A DNA stretch of 64,000 bases from Atribacterota bacterium. GTDB taxonomy: Bacteria > Atribacterota > Phoenicimicrobiia > Phoenicimicrobiales > Stramentimicrobiaceae. Position 1 is the first letter of the stretch. The number at the start of each line of letters is the position of its first letter. The stretch covers positions 64,001-128,000 of the forward strand of contig JAXGNR010000006.1 of NCBI GenBank assembly GCA_040767965.1, given 5' to 3'. Positions 30,407-39,464 of this stretch are shown piece by piece. The notes below the pieces were generated by a model, which saw only the letters and a program-made list of their open reading frames with translations, was not told the origin of the DNA and searched no databases. The translations under genes and the position numbers were made by a program.

Positions 30407-30584
30407 TTTATATAATATATACCATATTGTTTTATTATAAATCAATTTCAAAATGTTTTTCTATGCTATTTTGGTTAATTGTTGCAAAACTAATTTACTG
30501 TAACTAAAATAATATTAAACCCTGTATTGATTATTATTTGAACTGTTCGAATATTTTTAATTGCTGATAAGGAGAATATTATAG

Positions 30585-30955
30585 ATGATAAAACCTGTAT
30601 TGTTAATTTATATTGTAAATCAAATATCCTTTATTATTATTATTGTATGAAGTTTAATATGTATAGAATTTGTAATTATTATATTTATTGATTTAATAAA
30701 ATTAGAGATTAGGAGATTTAAAGGATTAAGACCATATTATGAACGTACTATTCTACGTCATCGTTTTGGCTCATATTTACTTCTAGGTTTAGAATTCTTA
30801 ATTGCAGCTGATATTATTCTAACTATTAGCCAGCCAAGTCTGGAAGAAATTATTATCCTGGCCGTATAGTTGGAATTAGGACAGTTATCAGTTACTTCCT
30901 TGATAAAGAGATGTCCAGTTCAGACAAAAACAAAAAACTAAAAGAAAAATAATAA
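30585..30955 (+). pseudogene. DUF1622-family membrane protein, degraded
   Basis: Fragments read RHRFGSYLLLGLEFLIAADIILTISQPSLEE and IRTVISYFLDKEM, with frameshifts; not in the ORF track. Confidence 0.75.
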
Positions 30956-30971
30956 ACATCTTCAATATTAT

Positions 30972-32866
30972 TTAATATACAAAACGAGTAATTGTTGCCA
31001 ATAAAAAAGCAATAAGAAAAGTGAAAATAATTGTAAATATGGTTCTTTTGCTTCCAATTTCTTTGATCAAAACAGCTATTGTTGCCACACAGGGGACATA
31101 AAAGTACAAAAATAGTAAATGTCATTATTTGAGTGGAACTCATTACAGTACTAACATCAGCAACTCCCAGGGCTTGAACTAACATAACCATAGACAATTC
31201 TTTTCTCAGTACGCCAAAAATGAGGGTTACACCTACTGCTACAGGCAATCCTAATAATAAAGTAACAGGTGATATTATTTTATTAATAAATGCCTCTAAA
31301 TGCCAGTGTTTCAATAAACTTAAAATAATGCTGCCAATAATTAATAGGCCAGGCAACTACAATAAATTCTTTCATTCTTAACCAGACTTTGGATAATAAT
31401 ATTTTTATCGAAGGCAAGTGGTACGCAGGTATTTCCAGAATCATACCAGGAGTTATCTCTGGCATAATCTTAGAAAGAATTAATCCGGCAATTGCCACAA
31501 CAATAATATTAAAGATAAAGACAAACATAGCTGCTTTCGGTCCGAGATAAAAAGCAACTAATCCAAAAATAATAGTTATACGGGCAGCACAGGGAATCAT
31601 AGTTGTTAATACAGAGGTAATGAAACGATCTCTTTCTGATTCCAAAATTCTGGTAGCCATTACCGCCGGTACTGTACATCCATAACCTAGTATAAGAGGA
31701 ATAATTGCTTTCCCATGCAATCCGATTTTATGAAGGAAAGCGTCCATTAAGTAAGCAACTCTGGGTAAATATCCAGTGTCTTCCAAAAATGCCAATCCAA
31801 ATAGAAAGGGAAAAAGGAAAGGTAAGACAATCGCAATACCTCCAGCCAGACCCTGTACAACACCATTTACAATATGGTATAGCAAAGTATCAGCACCTAA
31901 AACATGTTCAGCATATGGTAAGAACTGATAAAAGAAATCAAGTAAAGGCTCTTCCAGTAATGCCCCTACATAAAATACAAAATTAAAAAAAAGATATAAA
32001 ATAATTGCAAGTGAAATATAACCAAAAAAGGGATGCATTAAAATACTGTCCAGGTGATTCCTGAATTCTTTTTTTGGTTTAGAAAGCTTAACAACAGATT
32101 CATAAAACTGCATTGATAAATGATGCCGCTCTGAAGAAATTATCTCATCAGAACTTCTGTCACGGCATTTTTCTAATTGATTTTGATAATTTTGCACAAT
32201 TTTAATAAAATTATCGTTACTAACTTTAATTTCATCAATAAAATGTTGATCATTTTCCAATAACTTTGTTGCTAAAAAACGATCGGTAACATTGAATTTT
32301 TCAGCATAATTAGATTTCTTTATATGTTCAGATAAATCTTTTATTACCTGTTCCACATCTCTGCTAAAAGATTGAAATTCACTTTTTATTGGTTTCTGAC
32401 CCATTTTATAAACAGTTTCAAATAAACTATTTAATCCCCATCCTTTGTGGGCAATGGCAGTCACCACCGGTACACCTAATAAATTACGATAATTTATCAA
32501 TATCAATAATAATGCCTTTTGCTTCAGCTTCATCAATCATATTAAGGCAAATAACAATTGGTAAATTCAATTCCAATAATTGCAGAGTTAGTTCTAAACC
32601 TCTACAAAAATAATGCCTTCTACTTCATCTACTTCTTTTCTTAATAAATACTTCCGGGCTTCCAGTTCAGCCAGATCAAAAGAAGTCATGGAATAAGTGC
32701 CAGGCAAATCAATAATTTCACTGGTTATCCCCTGGAAAGTCATTTTGCTGCTACTATATTTAACTGTTTTCCCTGGGAAATTAGAGGTAATTGCCTTATA
32801 TCCGGCTACATGATTAAAAATAGTACTTTTCCCACAATTAGGTTGTCCCATTAAGGCAATTTTCAT
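30972..32866 (-). pseudogene. feoB: Ferrous iron transporter B with multiple lesions
   Basis: GQPNCGKS, DLPGTYS, LNMIDEA, LEDTGYLPR, GYGCTVPA, YVPCVAT. Breaks near 32620-32600, 32490, 31345 and 31100. Confidence 0.9.
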
Positions 32867-33096
32867 GACTCTACCTCCACTAATATTTTAGCAGCTATTC
32901 CCATACCCAAAGCTACTTGATTACCATGTATATTAACCAAAACAGGTCCTTGCATAAAACCACTTTTTTGTAATAACATAATATCCCCGGGGTGTATTCC
33001 TAAGCAACTTAATCTCTGTCTTATCCCCAAACCACCCTTAATCCTTACAACTTTAACTTTACTGCCTGATTTCACATCTGCTAAATTAACTACCAT
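32863..33096 (-). CDS. feoA: Ferrous iron transport protein A
   Basis: RQRLSCLGIHPG...GPVLV...VALG; overlaps the feoB start. Confidence 0.9.
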   Translation of the reverse strand: MVVNLADVKSGSKVKVVRIKGGLGIRQRLSCLGIHPGDIMLLQKSGFMQGPVLVNIHGNQVALGMGIAAKILVEVES

Positions 33097-33143
33097 GGTT
33101 ATTCTAACCTCTTTTAATTCTATTCAATTTTGAATAGCTTTTT

Positions 33144-33581
33144 TCATTTTTTCTGACATTTTTTACAGTAACCTTTAATTCCTAATCGATGTTCTGTAGC
33201 TACAAATTGATGTGCCTGACAAATCCTATTTTGCATTTTTTCCACATCTTCATCATAAAATTCGATGATCTCACCACAATTGACACAAATTAGATGATCA
33301 TGGTGTTTTCTGTTGTAAATTTTTTCATAGAGCACTTTTTCTTTAAAATGCAATGTTTCCATTATGAGTCCACTATCAATTAATAATGGTATAGTTCGAT
33401 AGACTGTAGCAAGAGAAACATTTGACTGGTGTTTTCTGAGCTGTTGATATATTTCATCTGCATCAAAATGATTTTGAAGTTTTATAATCACTTCAATTAT
33501 TTCTTTTCTCTCTATTGTATATTTTAAATCTTTTTCTTTTAGGAATATTTTAAATTTTTCTTTATAAGTAGCCAAAACCAT
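33144..33581 (-). CDS. fur: Ferric uptake regulator
   Basis: HFDADE, SLATVYRT, HHDHLICVNCG, GYCKKC; upstream of feoAB. Confidence 0.88.
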   Translation of the reverse strand: MVLATYKEKFKIFLKEKDLKYTIERKEIIEVIIKLQNHFDADEIYQQLRKHQSNVSLATVYRTIPLLIDSGLIMETLHFKEKVLYEKIYNRKHHDHLICVNCGEIIEFYDEDVEKMQNRICQAHQFVATEHRLGIKGYCKKCQKK

Positions 33582-33594
33582 ACCTCAAATGTGA

Positions 33595-33611
33595 TTGATA
33601 ATCATTCTCAA
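33595..33611. promoter_or_regulatory. Fur box
   Basis: TTGATAATCATTCTCAA near-palindrome between a TTGACA (33638-43)/TAAAAT promoter and the fur start. Confidence 0.8.
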
Positions 33612-33876
33612 TTATATTTTATTATATTATCTGCTTTTGTCAAGGTAAAAATTAATTTAAAATACTGAGGATTTAAATTACATTAAATCAGAAAATCGAT
33701 GAAATACTTTATATATTAGTAAAAAAGGAAAGTATTTATACAAAAATAACAAAAAACTGAAAAATAATATTTGTGGTGCATTTTTACAGAAAATTAAAAA
33801 TTTAATTTTTAGTTTTATTTAGATTATTTTTAATTGATTTTTTGGTCAATACTGCTGATAGACACTGTTTCTTTGT

Positions 33877-34749
33877 TTAAATTATTTCTAGGAGTAAAGT
33901 CTCTATCTGGCATCCTATATGTTTAGATATAATTTGGCATTTAGTAACCAATAAAAAAAACAAAGGGCTTGCTTTATTTGAAAGAGCCTCATAATTTCCC
34001 TGTCCTTTACTAATTATCATTTCTGCCTCATTAAATAAGCGCATAAATTCAGATGAACAATATTCTAAAACAACTCCTGGTGAATCAGCACCACAAGAAA
34101 TAATTTTTGCATACCGATTAATACCGCAAAAAATAGCATCATCAACCAGAGCACCATTTAAAACCGGCTTCCCTTTTACCACATAGATAACAGTTTTCTT
34201 ATATTTGTCTACAAGTAATTCTATTAATATTCTATCAAAGATTACCTCCCCGGCATTGTCTGCCAGATACAGTATCAGTTGAGAATTAGACAAATGATCC
34301 AGAAAAGCAAGATATTTAAAATGGTTACCGTTATTAAAATCATGAAGAAAATCATACTCAAGCAATGAATCCACTTTTTTCTCTATTGAATTGTCATAAT
34401 CAAAGGTGTAGTCAATAATATTACCAATAATTGCTAATTTTAGAGCAGTTAGAAGCTTATTCTCAGAATTGTTAACTTTATCCTTTATTTTAGGATAAAT
34501 CTTCAGTGCCATTTTGTTGCTGTCTTCTTTAATTTCCCGGTAAGGGTCTTTTTTACCGGTAATTTTGTTAACTAAGGCATAGACCTGCCTGCCCATCTCT
34601 GCTGGGGTAGTATCAAGTGAAAATTTTGGAACCAACTCAGAAAGGCTGTTTAGTACTTCTCTTTGCACCTCTGTACTTGCACCAGACATTTTTGCAGCAT
34701 TCAATGCTTGATTATAAAAACAGGGAATACAATCTAAATATGATCTCAT
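33877..34749 (-). CDS. DUF89 / ARMT1-like damage-control phosphatase
   Basis: LDCIPC, DPY, GNIIDY, LADNAGE..FD, SKGQGNYE, KC. Confidence 0.88.
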   Translation of the reverse strand: MRSYLDCIPCFYNQALNAAKMSGASTEVQREVLNSLSELVPKFSLDTTPAEMGRQVYALVNKITGKKDPYREIKEDSNKMALKIYPKIKDKVNNSENKLLTALKLAIIGNIIDYTFDYDNSIEKKVDSLLEYDFLHDFNNGNHFKYLAFLDHLSNSQLILYLADNAGEVIFDRILIELLVDKYKKTVIYVVKGKPVLNGALVDDAIFCGINRYAKIISCGADSPGVVLEYCSSEFMRLFNEAEMIISKGQGNYEALSNKASPLFFLLVTKCQIISKHIGCQIETLLLEII

Positions 34750-34993
34750 TTTTATCTCCTAAAAAACATGTCTTAATTTAATTTTATCTTGCTATAAGCT
34801 AGCATCAATCTATATATCTTTCAGAATGATATTTTTTATGTATTTCCCTTTTAAAAACAAGAATACTTCTAACAATAATTATTGAAATATCATAATCTCT
34901 AATTATTTTAATACTATAACTATCCTTTTTATAATAGCATTTTCAATAACCCAGATAAATTATCAATTAATCTTCACTTTTTAAAAAGCATAC

Positions 34994-35830
34994 TTAGCCT
35001 TTTAATTGTGATAGAATAGACTCAATAATACTATTGAAGGATTGATGTGTTTCGCTTTTACTTTCACTGCATATAAAAGGAAAACCATGATCTCCAGCCT
35101 TTACTATCTGTATGTCAATAGGGATATCACCTAAAAATGGAATCTGATAGTCTTCTGCTGCTTTTTTACCACCACCTGTCATAAATAAATCGATTTTTTC
35201 ACCACAGTTTGGACACTGAAAACCACTCATATTCTCGATTATACCTATAATCGGGATATTTATATCTTTTAAAAATTTAATACACTTCCGGGAATCGGTT
35301 AAGGCAATTTCCTGAGGAGTAGTAACAATAACACCACCATCTAAATCAGGGATAAGCTGACAAATTGATAAAGGTTCATCACCTGTTCCCGGTGGTGAAT
35401 CAATGATTAAAAAATCCAATTTACCCCAATTAACTTCACCTATTAATTGTTTTAAGGCTACACCTTTCAAAGGTCCTCTCCAAACTAAAGGAGTATCTTC
35501 TCCTTCTATTAAAGAAGCCATAGAAACAGCTTTTAAATTTTTTCTAGCATTGATTGGTTCTATAAGACCATCATTACCCACTAATCTTTGTCCATCAAAT
35601 CCTAACATTTTAGCAACAGAAGGCCCATGCAGGTCAGCATCCAGCAAACCAACCTGATATCCTCTTTCTGATAATGCACAGGACAAGTTTACTGAAACGG
35701 AGCTTTTCCCAACTCCACCTTTATTGGACAGGATCAATATTTTATGTTTTATGTTAGACATATTCTGCTTTAATCTTTCATTAAGGTCTTGATTAGCATG
35801 TTCTTGTGACAAATTGTTATTATTATTCAA
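34994..35830 (-). CDS. Mrp/NBP35 (ApbC) Fe-S carrier ATPase
   Basis: NKGGVGKS, DADLHGPS, DSPPGTGDE, TTPQ, ENMSGFQCPNC. Confidence 0.92.
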   Translation of the reverse strand: MNNNNNLSQEHANQDLNERLKQNMSNIKHKILILSNKGGVGKSSVSVNLSCALSERGYQVGLLDADLHGPSVAKMLGFDGQRLVGNDGLIEPINARKNLKAVSMASLIEGEDTPLVWRGPLKGVALKQLIGEVNWGKLDFLIIDSPPGTGDEPLSICQLIPDLDGGVIVTTPQEIALTDSRKCIKFLKDINIPIIGIIENMSGFQCPNCGEKIDLFMTGGGKKAAEDYQIPFLGDIPIDIQIVKAGDHGFPFICSESKSETHQSFNSIIESILSQLKG

Positions 35831-35909
35831 TATTTATTCCCTTTCTTCTCTTAATACTACTTTTAATTGTCTAAAGAAAAATTAATATTTATATTATTCT
35901 ACTCTACTT

Positions 35910-36314
35910 TTATTTTACTTTTTTATCGCAATCAGCTGACTCTTTATGTTCTTCTTTTGCAATTCCATAACCTTTCCCGGCACCTGGCTGACAGAAAAAT
36001 TCATTTCCCAGTAGTTCTCCATTTAAGTATTTCTCAATAACATCGTTTATTTCACCATTTACTCCACAGATAACCTCGATACCTTCTTCTGCAAAAAGAT
36101 CTAAAGCCTTTTTACCCATACCTCCAGAAATAATTGTCTTTACTTCCTTTTGAGCAAGAAAGCCTGGTAAAAAACCTGTCCGATGTCCAGGATTGGAAAT
36201 TTTTTCCTGGTTAATTATTTTTTTACCTGATATTTCAATTAACAGATAAAATGGACATCTGCCAAAATGTTCAGCTACTTTATTTTCATCAATAGCAATT
36301 GCTATTTTCTTCAT
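35910..36314 (-). CDS. NifB/NifX-family (FeMo-co binding-like) protein
   Basis: HFGRCP, ISGGMG..A; start moved to ATG 36314. Confidence 0.85.
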   Translation of the reverse strand: MKKIAIAIDENKVAEHFGRCPFYLLIEISGKKIINQEKISNPGHRTGFLPGFLAQKEVKTIISGGMGKKALDLFAEEGIEVICGVNGEINDVIEKYLNGELLGNEFFCQPGAGKGYGIAKEEHKESADCDKKVK

Positions 36315-36330
36315 AAATGACCTCTCTTTT

Positions 36331-36696
36331 TTATCTTTGCCCTGAATGCGGGGCAGCATTAGGATGGTTAGCTGGTGTTAAAGTTCCTTCTTTGTATTTT
36401 TGCACTATCTCTTCTATTGTTCCTGTTACGCCTGTAAATATCTCAATACTTGATGAATTCAGGGTACGGAAAGCATTAGGACCACAATGCCCTGTGATAA
36501 CAGCTTTTACTTCTTTGTCAGCAATCATTTGAGCAGACTGTATACCCACACCCCCCATACCGTTTATATTACTATTTTCTAAAACTTCAAAATTATCATT
36601 TTCTATATCATACACAATAAAATAAGGGCATCTTCCAAATCTGGGATCTATCTCACTCTTTAAATCTGGACCTGAAGAAGTAATGGTAATTTTCAT
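36331..36696 (-). CDS. NifB/NifX-family (FeMo-co binding-like) protein
   Basis: DPRFGRCPYF, GGVGIQSAQ, ITGHCGPNAF. Confidence 0.88.
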   Translation of the reverse strand: MKITITSSGPDLKSEIDPRFGRCPYFIVYDIENDNFEVLENSNINGMGGVGIQSAQMIADKEVKAVITGHCGPNAFRTLNSSSIEIFTGVTGTIEEIVQKYKEGTLTPANHPNAAPHSGQR

Positions 36697-36840
36697 AATA
36701 AACTCCTTTTTTATTCTACCCTAATATTAATTATAAACCCTTATAGCAAATTTATAAAAATATTAGTCTTTTTCTTAATTGTTAAACAAAAAAATAAGAT
36801 AAAGATTAAATTATTCTATCTATTTTTCTTGATAAAACTT

Positions 36841-36888
36841 AAATAAATCATCAATATTGTATTTAAATACAATATTGATGATTTATTT
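36841..36888. repeat. Perfect 48-bp palindrome
   Basis: AAATAAATCATCAATATTGTATTT followed directly by its reverse complement. Confidence 0.9.
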
Positions 36889-36914
36889 TTTCTAATCATG
36901 CAATTTTGCTTGTA

Positions 36915-37283
36915 TTATGATTCTTTATCTTTCTTTAATTCAGCTATTCTTTTGTTCACTGCATCCAGTTCGGCCTTAATATCATCAGCTTCTGCTTGCA
37001 ATATATCCATTTCCTGTTTAGGATCTATTGTGCTTTGGTAAGGGTAGTTTGAGCCATAACCAGGATAAAAAGGCTGCATTGGAGGGTAAACAGGATAAAC
37101 GGAACTAAAACCGCATCTATATCCACGACCAACACCTCGTCCAAATCCGCGTCTATATCCCATACCTCCCCGAATACCTGCAGGGTTAGCATATCCTGGA
37201 AAAGTAGACCCAGCACAGTATCCTGCTGATCTTCCAGTCATTGATCCAAATCCTAATGGTCCAGTTCTATCACCACCTGGCAT
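36915..37283 (-). CDS. DUF5320-family protein
   Basis: MPGGDRTGPLG.G.MTGR.AGYC, Gly/Arg-rich middle, C-terminal coiled coil; RBS AAGGAGGTG. Confidence 0.85.
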   Translation of the reverse strand: MPGGDRTGPLGFGSMTGRSAGYCAGSTFPGYANPAGIRGGMGYRRGFGRGVGRGYRCGFSSVYPVYPPMQPFYPGYGSNYPYQSTIDPKQEMDILQAEADDIKAELDAVNKRIAELKKDKES

Positions 37284-37304
37284 AAAAAACACCTCCTTTT
37301 CATG

Positions 37305-37781
37305 TTATTCTTTTTTTCTACAATCTTTGCATTCTCCATAAAAATGAAGGATGCAATTCTTTATTGAAAAACCATATTTTCGAGAAATTTTTTCTTTCAT
37401 TTTTTTAATAATATCTTGTTCTTCTTCAGTTAATTCATTTGTATCAAAAAAACTTCGGCAATTAATACAAACTAAATGCTGGTGACAGTTCACACCTTCA
37501 ATTTTACCAACTAATTCATATCTGGCTCTACCTTCGCCAGATTCAACTTTCATCACTAAACCATTTTTCATTAAAAAGTCTAGAGTCCTATAAACTGTTG
37601 TTAATCCAATAGCAGGATATAATTTGTATGATCGTAGATATATTTCTTCAGCGCTTAAATGTTTCTCTGCATTACTCAAAATTTGTAAAATAATTCTTCT
37701 GGGTATAGTAACCCGATGACCTCTTCCTCTAAAACGTCCTGGCCAGTTTTCAGGTAAATGATTGCTAAATTTTTCATTCAT
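37305..37781 (-). CDS. Fur-family regulator
   Basis: RVTIPRR, HLSAEEI, GLTTVYRTL, HQHLVCINC, CKDC; probable ATG at 37781. Confidence 0.88.
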   Translation of the reverse strand: MNEKFSNHLPENWPGRFRGRGHRVTIPRRIILQILSNAEKHLSAEEIYLRSYKLYPAIGLTTVYRTLDFLMKNGLVMKVESGEGRARYELVGKIEGVNCHQHLVCINCRSFFDTNELTEEEQDIIKKMKEKISRKYGFSIKNCILHFYGECKDCRKKE

Positions 37782-37797
37782 TTTACAATCTTCCTTA

Positions 37798-37815
37798 TTG
37801 ATAATGATTACCATT
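37798..37815. promoter_or_regulatory. Fur-box-like operator
   Basis: TTGATAATGATTACCATT, just downstream of a TTGACA (37842-47)-17-TATTAT promoter and abutting the RBS. Confidence 0.7.
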
Positions 37816-37858
37816 AACATAATAGTAATTTTTTGCTATCATGTCAAGTTTTTATAAC

Positions 37859-37896
37859 AAAAAAAAGAGATGGTTTTTTACCACCTCTTTTTTTTT
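37859..37896. terminator. Bidirectional-type intrinsic terminator
   Basis: A-run, GAGATGGT-loop-ACCACCTC, T-run. Confidence 0.7.
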
Positions 37897-37973
37897 GTTT
37901 TCAGTATTCTTCTGAATCATTCTATCCAAGAAAATAATTCATGATTAATTTATTTTAAAATATTTTTTTCTGC

Positions 37974-39299
37974 TTATATTTTTTGTACTATCTTTTTCAT
38001 TAGCAATTCTCGGAGGTCAGGTTTCCCGATTTCCTGTAATTCATATTTGATCCTGACCCATTTTTTATTAATTGTCATTACCCGACTTAAATCAATAGGT
38101 GTACCTATAATTACCAATTCAGCATCACAACTATTAATAGTAGCTTCCAGTTCTTTGATTTGCTCTTTTCCATAGCCCATCGCGGGTAGCAAATTACCAA
38201 TATGAGGATATTTTTGGTAGGTTTTCTTAATGCTTCCCACTGCAAAAGGTCTTGGATCAACAATTTTTATTGCTCCGAATTTTTTTGCAGCAACTATACC
38301 GGCACCAAATGTCATTTCTCCATGGGTTAAAGTAGGGCCATCTTCAACCACAATCACTTTTTTTCCTCTAATACTTTCTGTTTGGTTAACGGTAACAGGT
38401 GAAGCTGCTTCAATTAAAAATGCTTTTGGTGCATTTGAAAAAATATTTTCTCTTAATAAAGAAATATTTTCCGGGTTAGCGGTATCGATTTTATTTATTA
38501 TAACTATATCGGCCATTTTTAAATTTACAGCACCAGGGTAATATGATTTTTCATGACCAACTCGATGTGGATCTGTTACAACTATGTTTATATCTGGTTT
38601 ATAAAAAGATAAATCATTATTTCCACCATCCCAGATTATTATGTCAGCTTCTTTTTCGGCTTGTTTTAAAATTTCTTTATAATCCACTCCTGCAAAAAGA
38701 ATATTACCCATATCAATATGAGGCTCATATTCTTCTCTTTCTTCAATAGTACATTCATATTTATTTAAATCTTCATAACTCTCATAACGCTGACAAATTT
38801 GTTTTGTTAAATCGCCATAAGGCATAGGATGTCTGATAATAACTATTTTTTTACCCATTTCTTTCAAGATTTGGGCTACTTTCCTGGTAGTTTGACTCTT
38901 CCCGCAACCAGTACGGACTGCGCATACTGAGACAACTGGTACTTTTGCTTCCAGCATTGTGTTATCAGGACCCATCAGTCTAAAATCGGCACCAGCAGCT
39001 AAAATAGTTGATGCCTTCTCCATAACATATTGATGTGGCAGATCGCTGTAGGCAAGTATAACCTGATTAATCTGATATTCTTTAATTAATCCTTCCAATT
39101 CTTCTTCTGCAAAAATAGGAATCCCTGCCGGATATAATTCTCCGCTTAATTCAGCTGGGTACTTTCTATCAGCTATATCTGGAATTTGAGTTGCAGTAAA
39201 AGCCTGTACCTGATAATCCTTATTGTTTCGAAAGTATACATTAAAATTATGGAAATCTCTTCCTGCAGCTCCCATAATAATAACATTCTGTTTTTTCAA
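37974..39299 (-). CDS. cDPG-synthase-like P-loop protein, probable arginine synthetase (ArcE) family
   Basis: IIMGAAGRDFHNFN, AVRTGCGKSQT, RHPMPYG, CTIEEREEYEPH, WDGGNND, VEDGPTLTHG. Confidence 0.7.
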   Translation of the reverse strand: MKKQNVIIMGAAGRDFHNFNVYFRNNKDYQVQAFTATQIPDIADRKYPAELSGELYPAGIPIFAEEELEGLIKEYQINQVILAYSDLPHQYVMEKASTILAAGADFRLMGPDNTMLEAKVPVVSVCAVRTGCGKSQTTRKVAQILKEMGKKIVIIRHPMPYGDLTKQICQRYESYEDLNKYECTIEEREEYEPHIDMGNILFAGVDYKEILKQAEKEADIIIWDGGNNDLSFYKPDINIVVTDPHRVGHEKSYYPGAVNLKMADIVIINKIDTANPENISLLRENIFSNAPKAFLIEAASPVTVNQTESIRGKKVIVVEDGPTLTHGEMTFGAGIVAAKKFGAIKIVDPRPFAVGSIKKTYQKYPHIGNLLPAMGYGKEQIKELEATINSCDAELVIIGTPIDLSRVMTINKKWVRIKYELQEIGKPDLRELLMKKIVQKI

Positions 39300-39464
39300 A
39301 TCTATTCCTCCTGATTAAATTTAATTAAATTGTAATATGCATTTTTAATAAATCAATTCTATTTTTAATAAATTAAAATAATAAGCAATCTATCTGACAA
39401 CAAAAAGAAAAATATTCAAAAATGATAGATTGCTTAAATTTCATTTATTAACTTTTTTCAATAT

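Noticed and set aside
35910-36696. Nitrogen fixation genes
   Set aside because: Only stand-alone NifB/NifX-like domains; no nifHDK or nifEN in the window.
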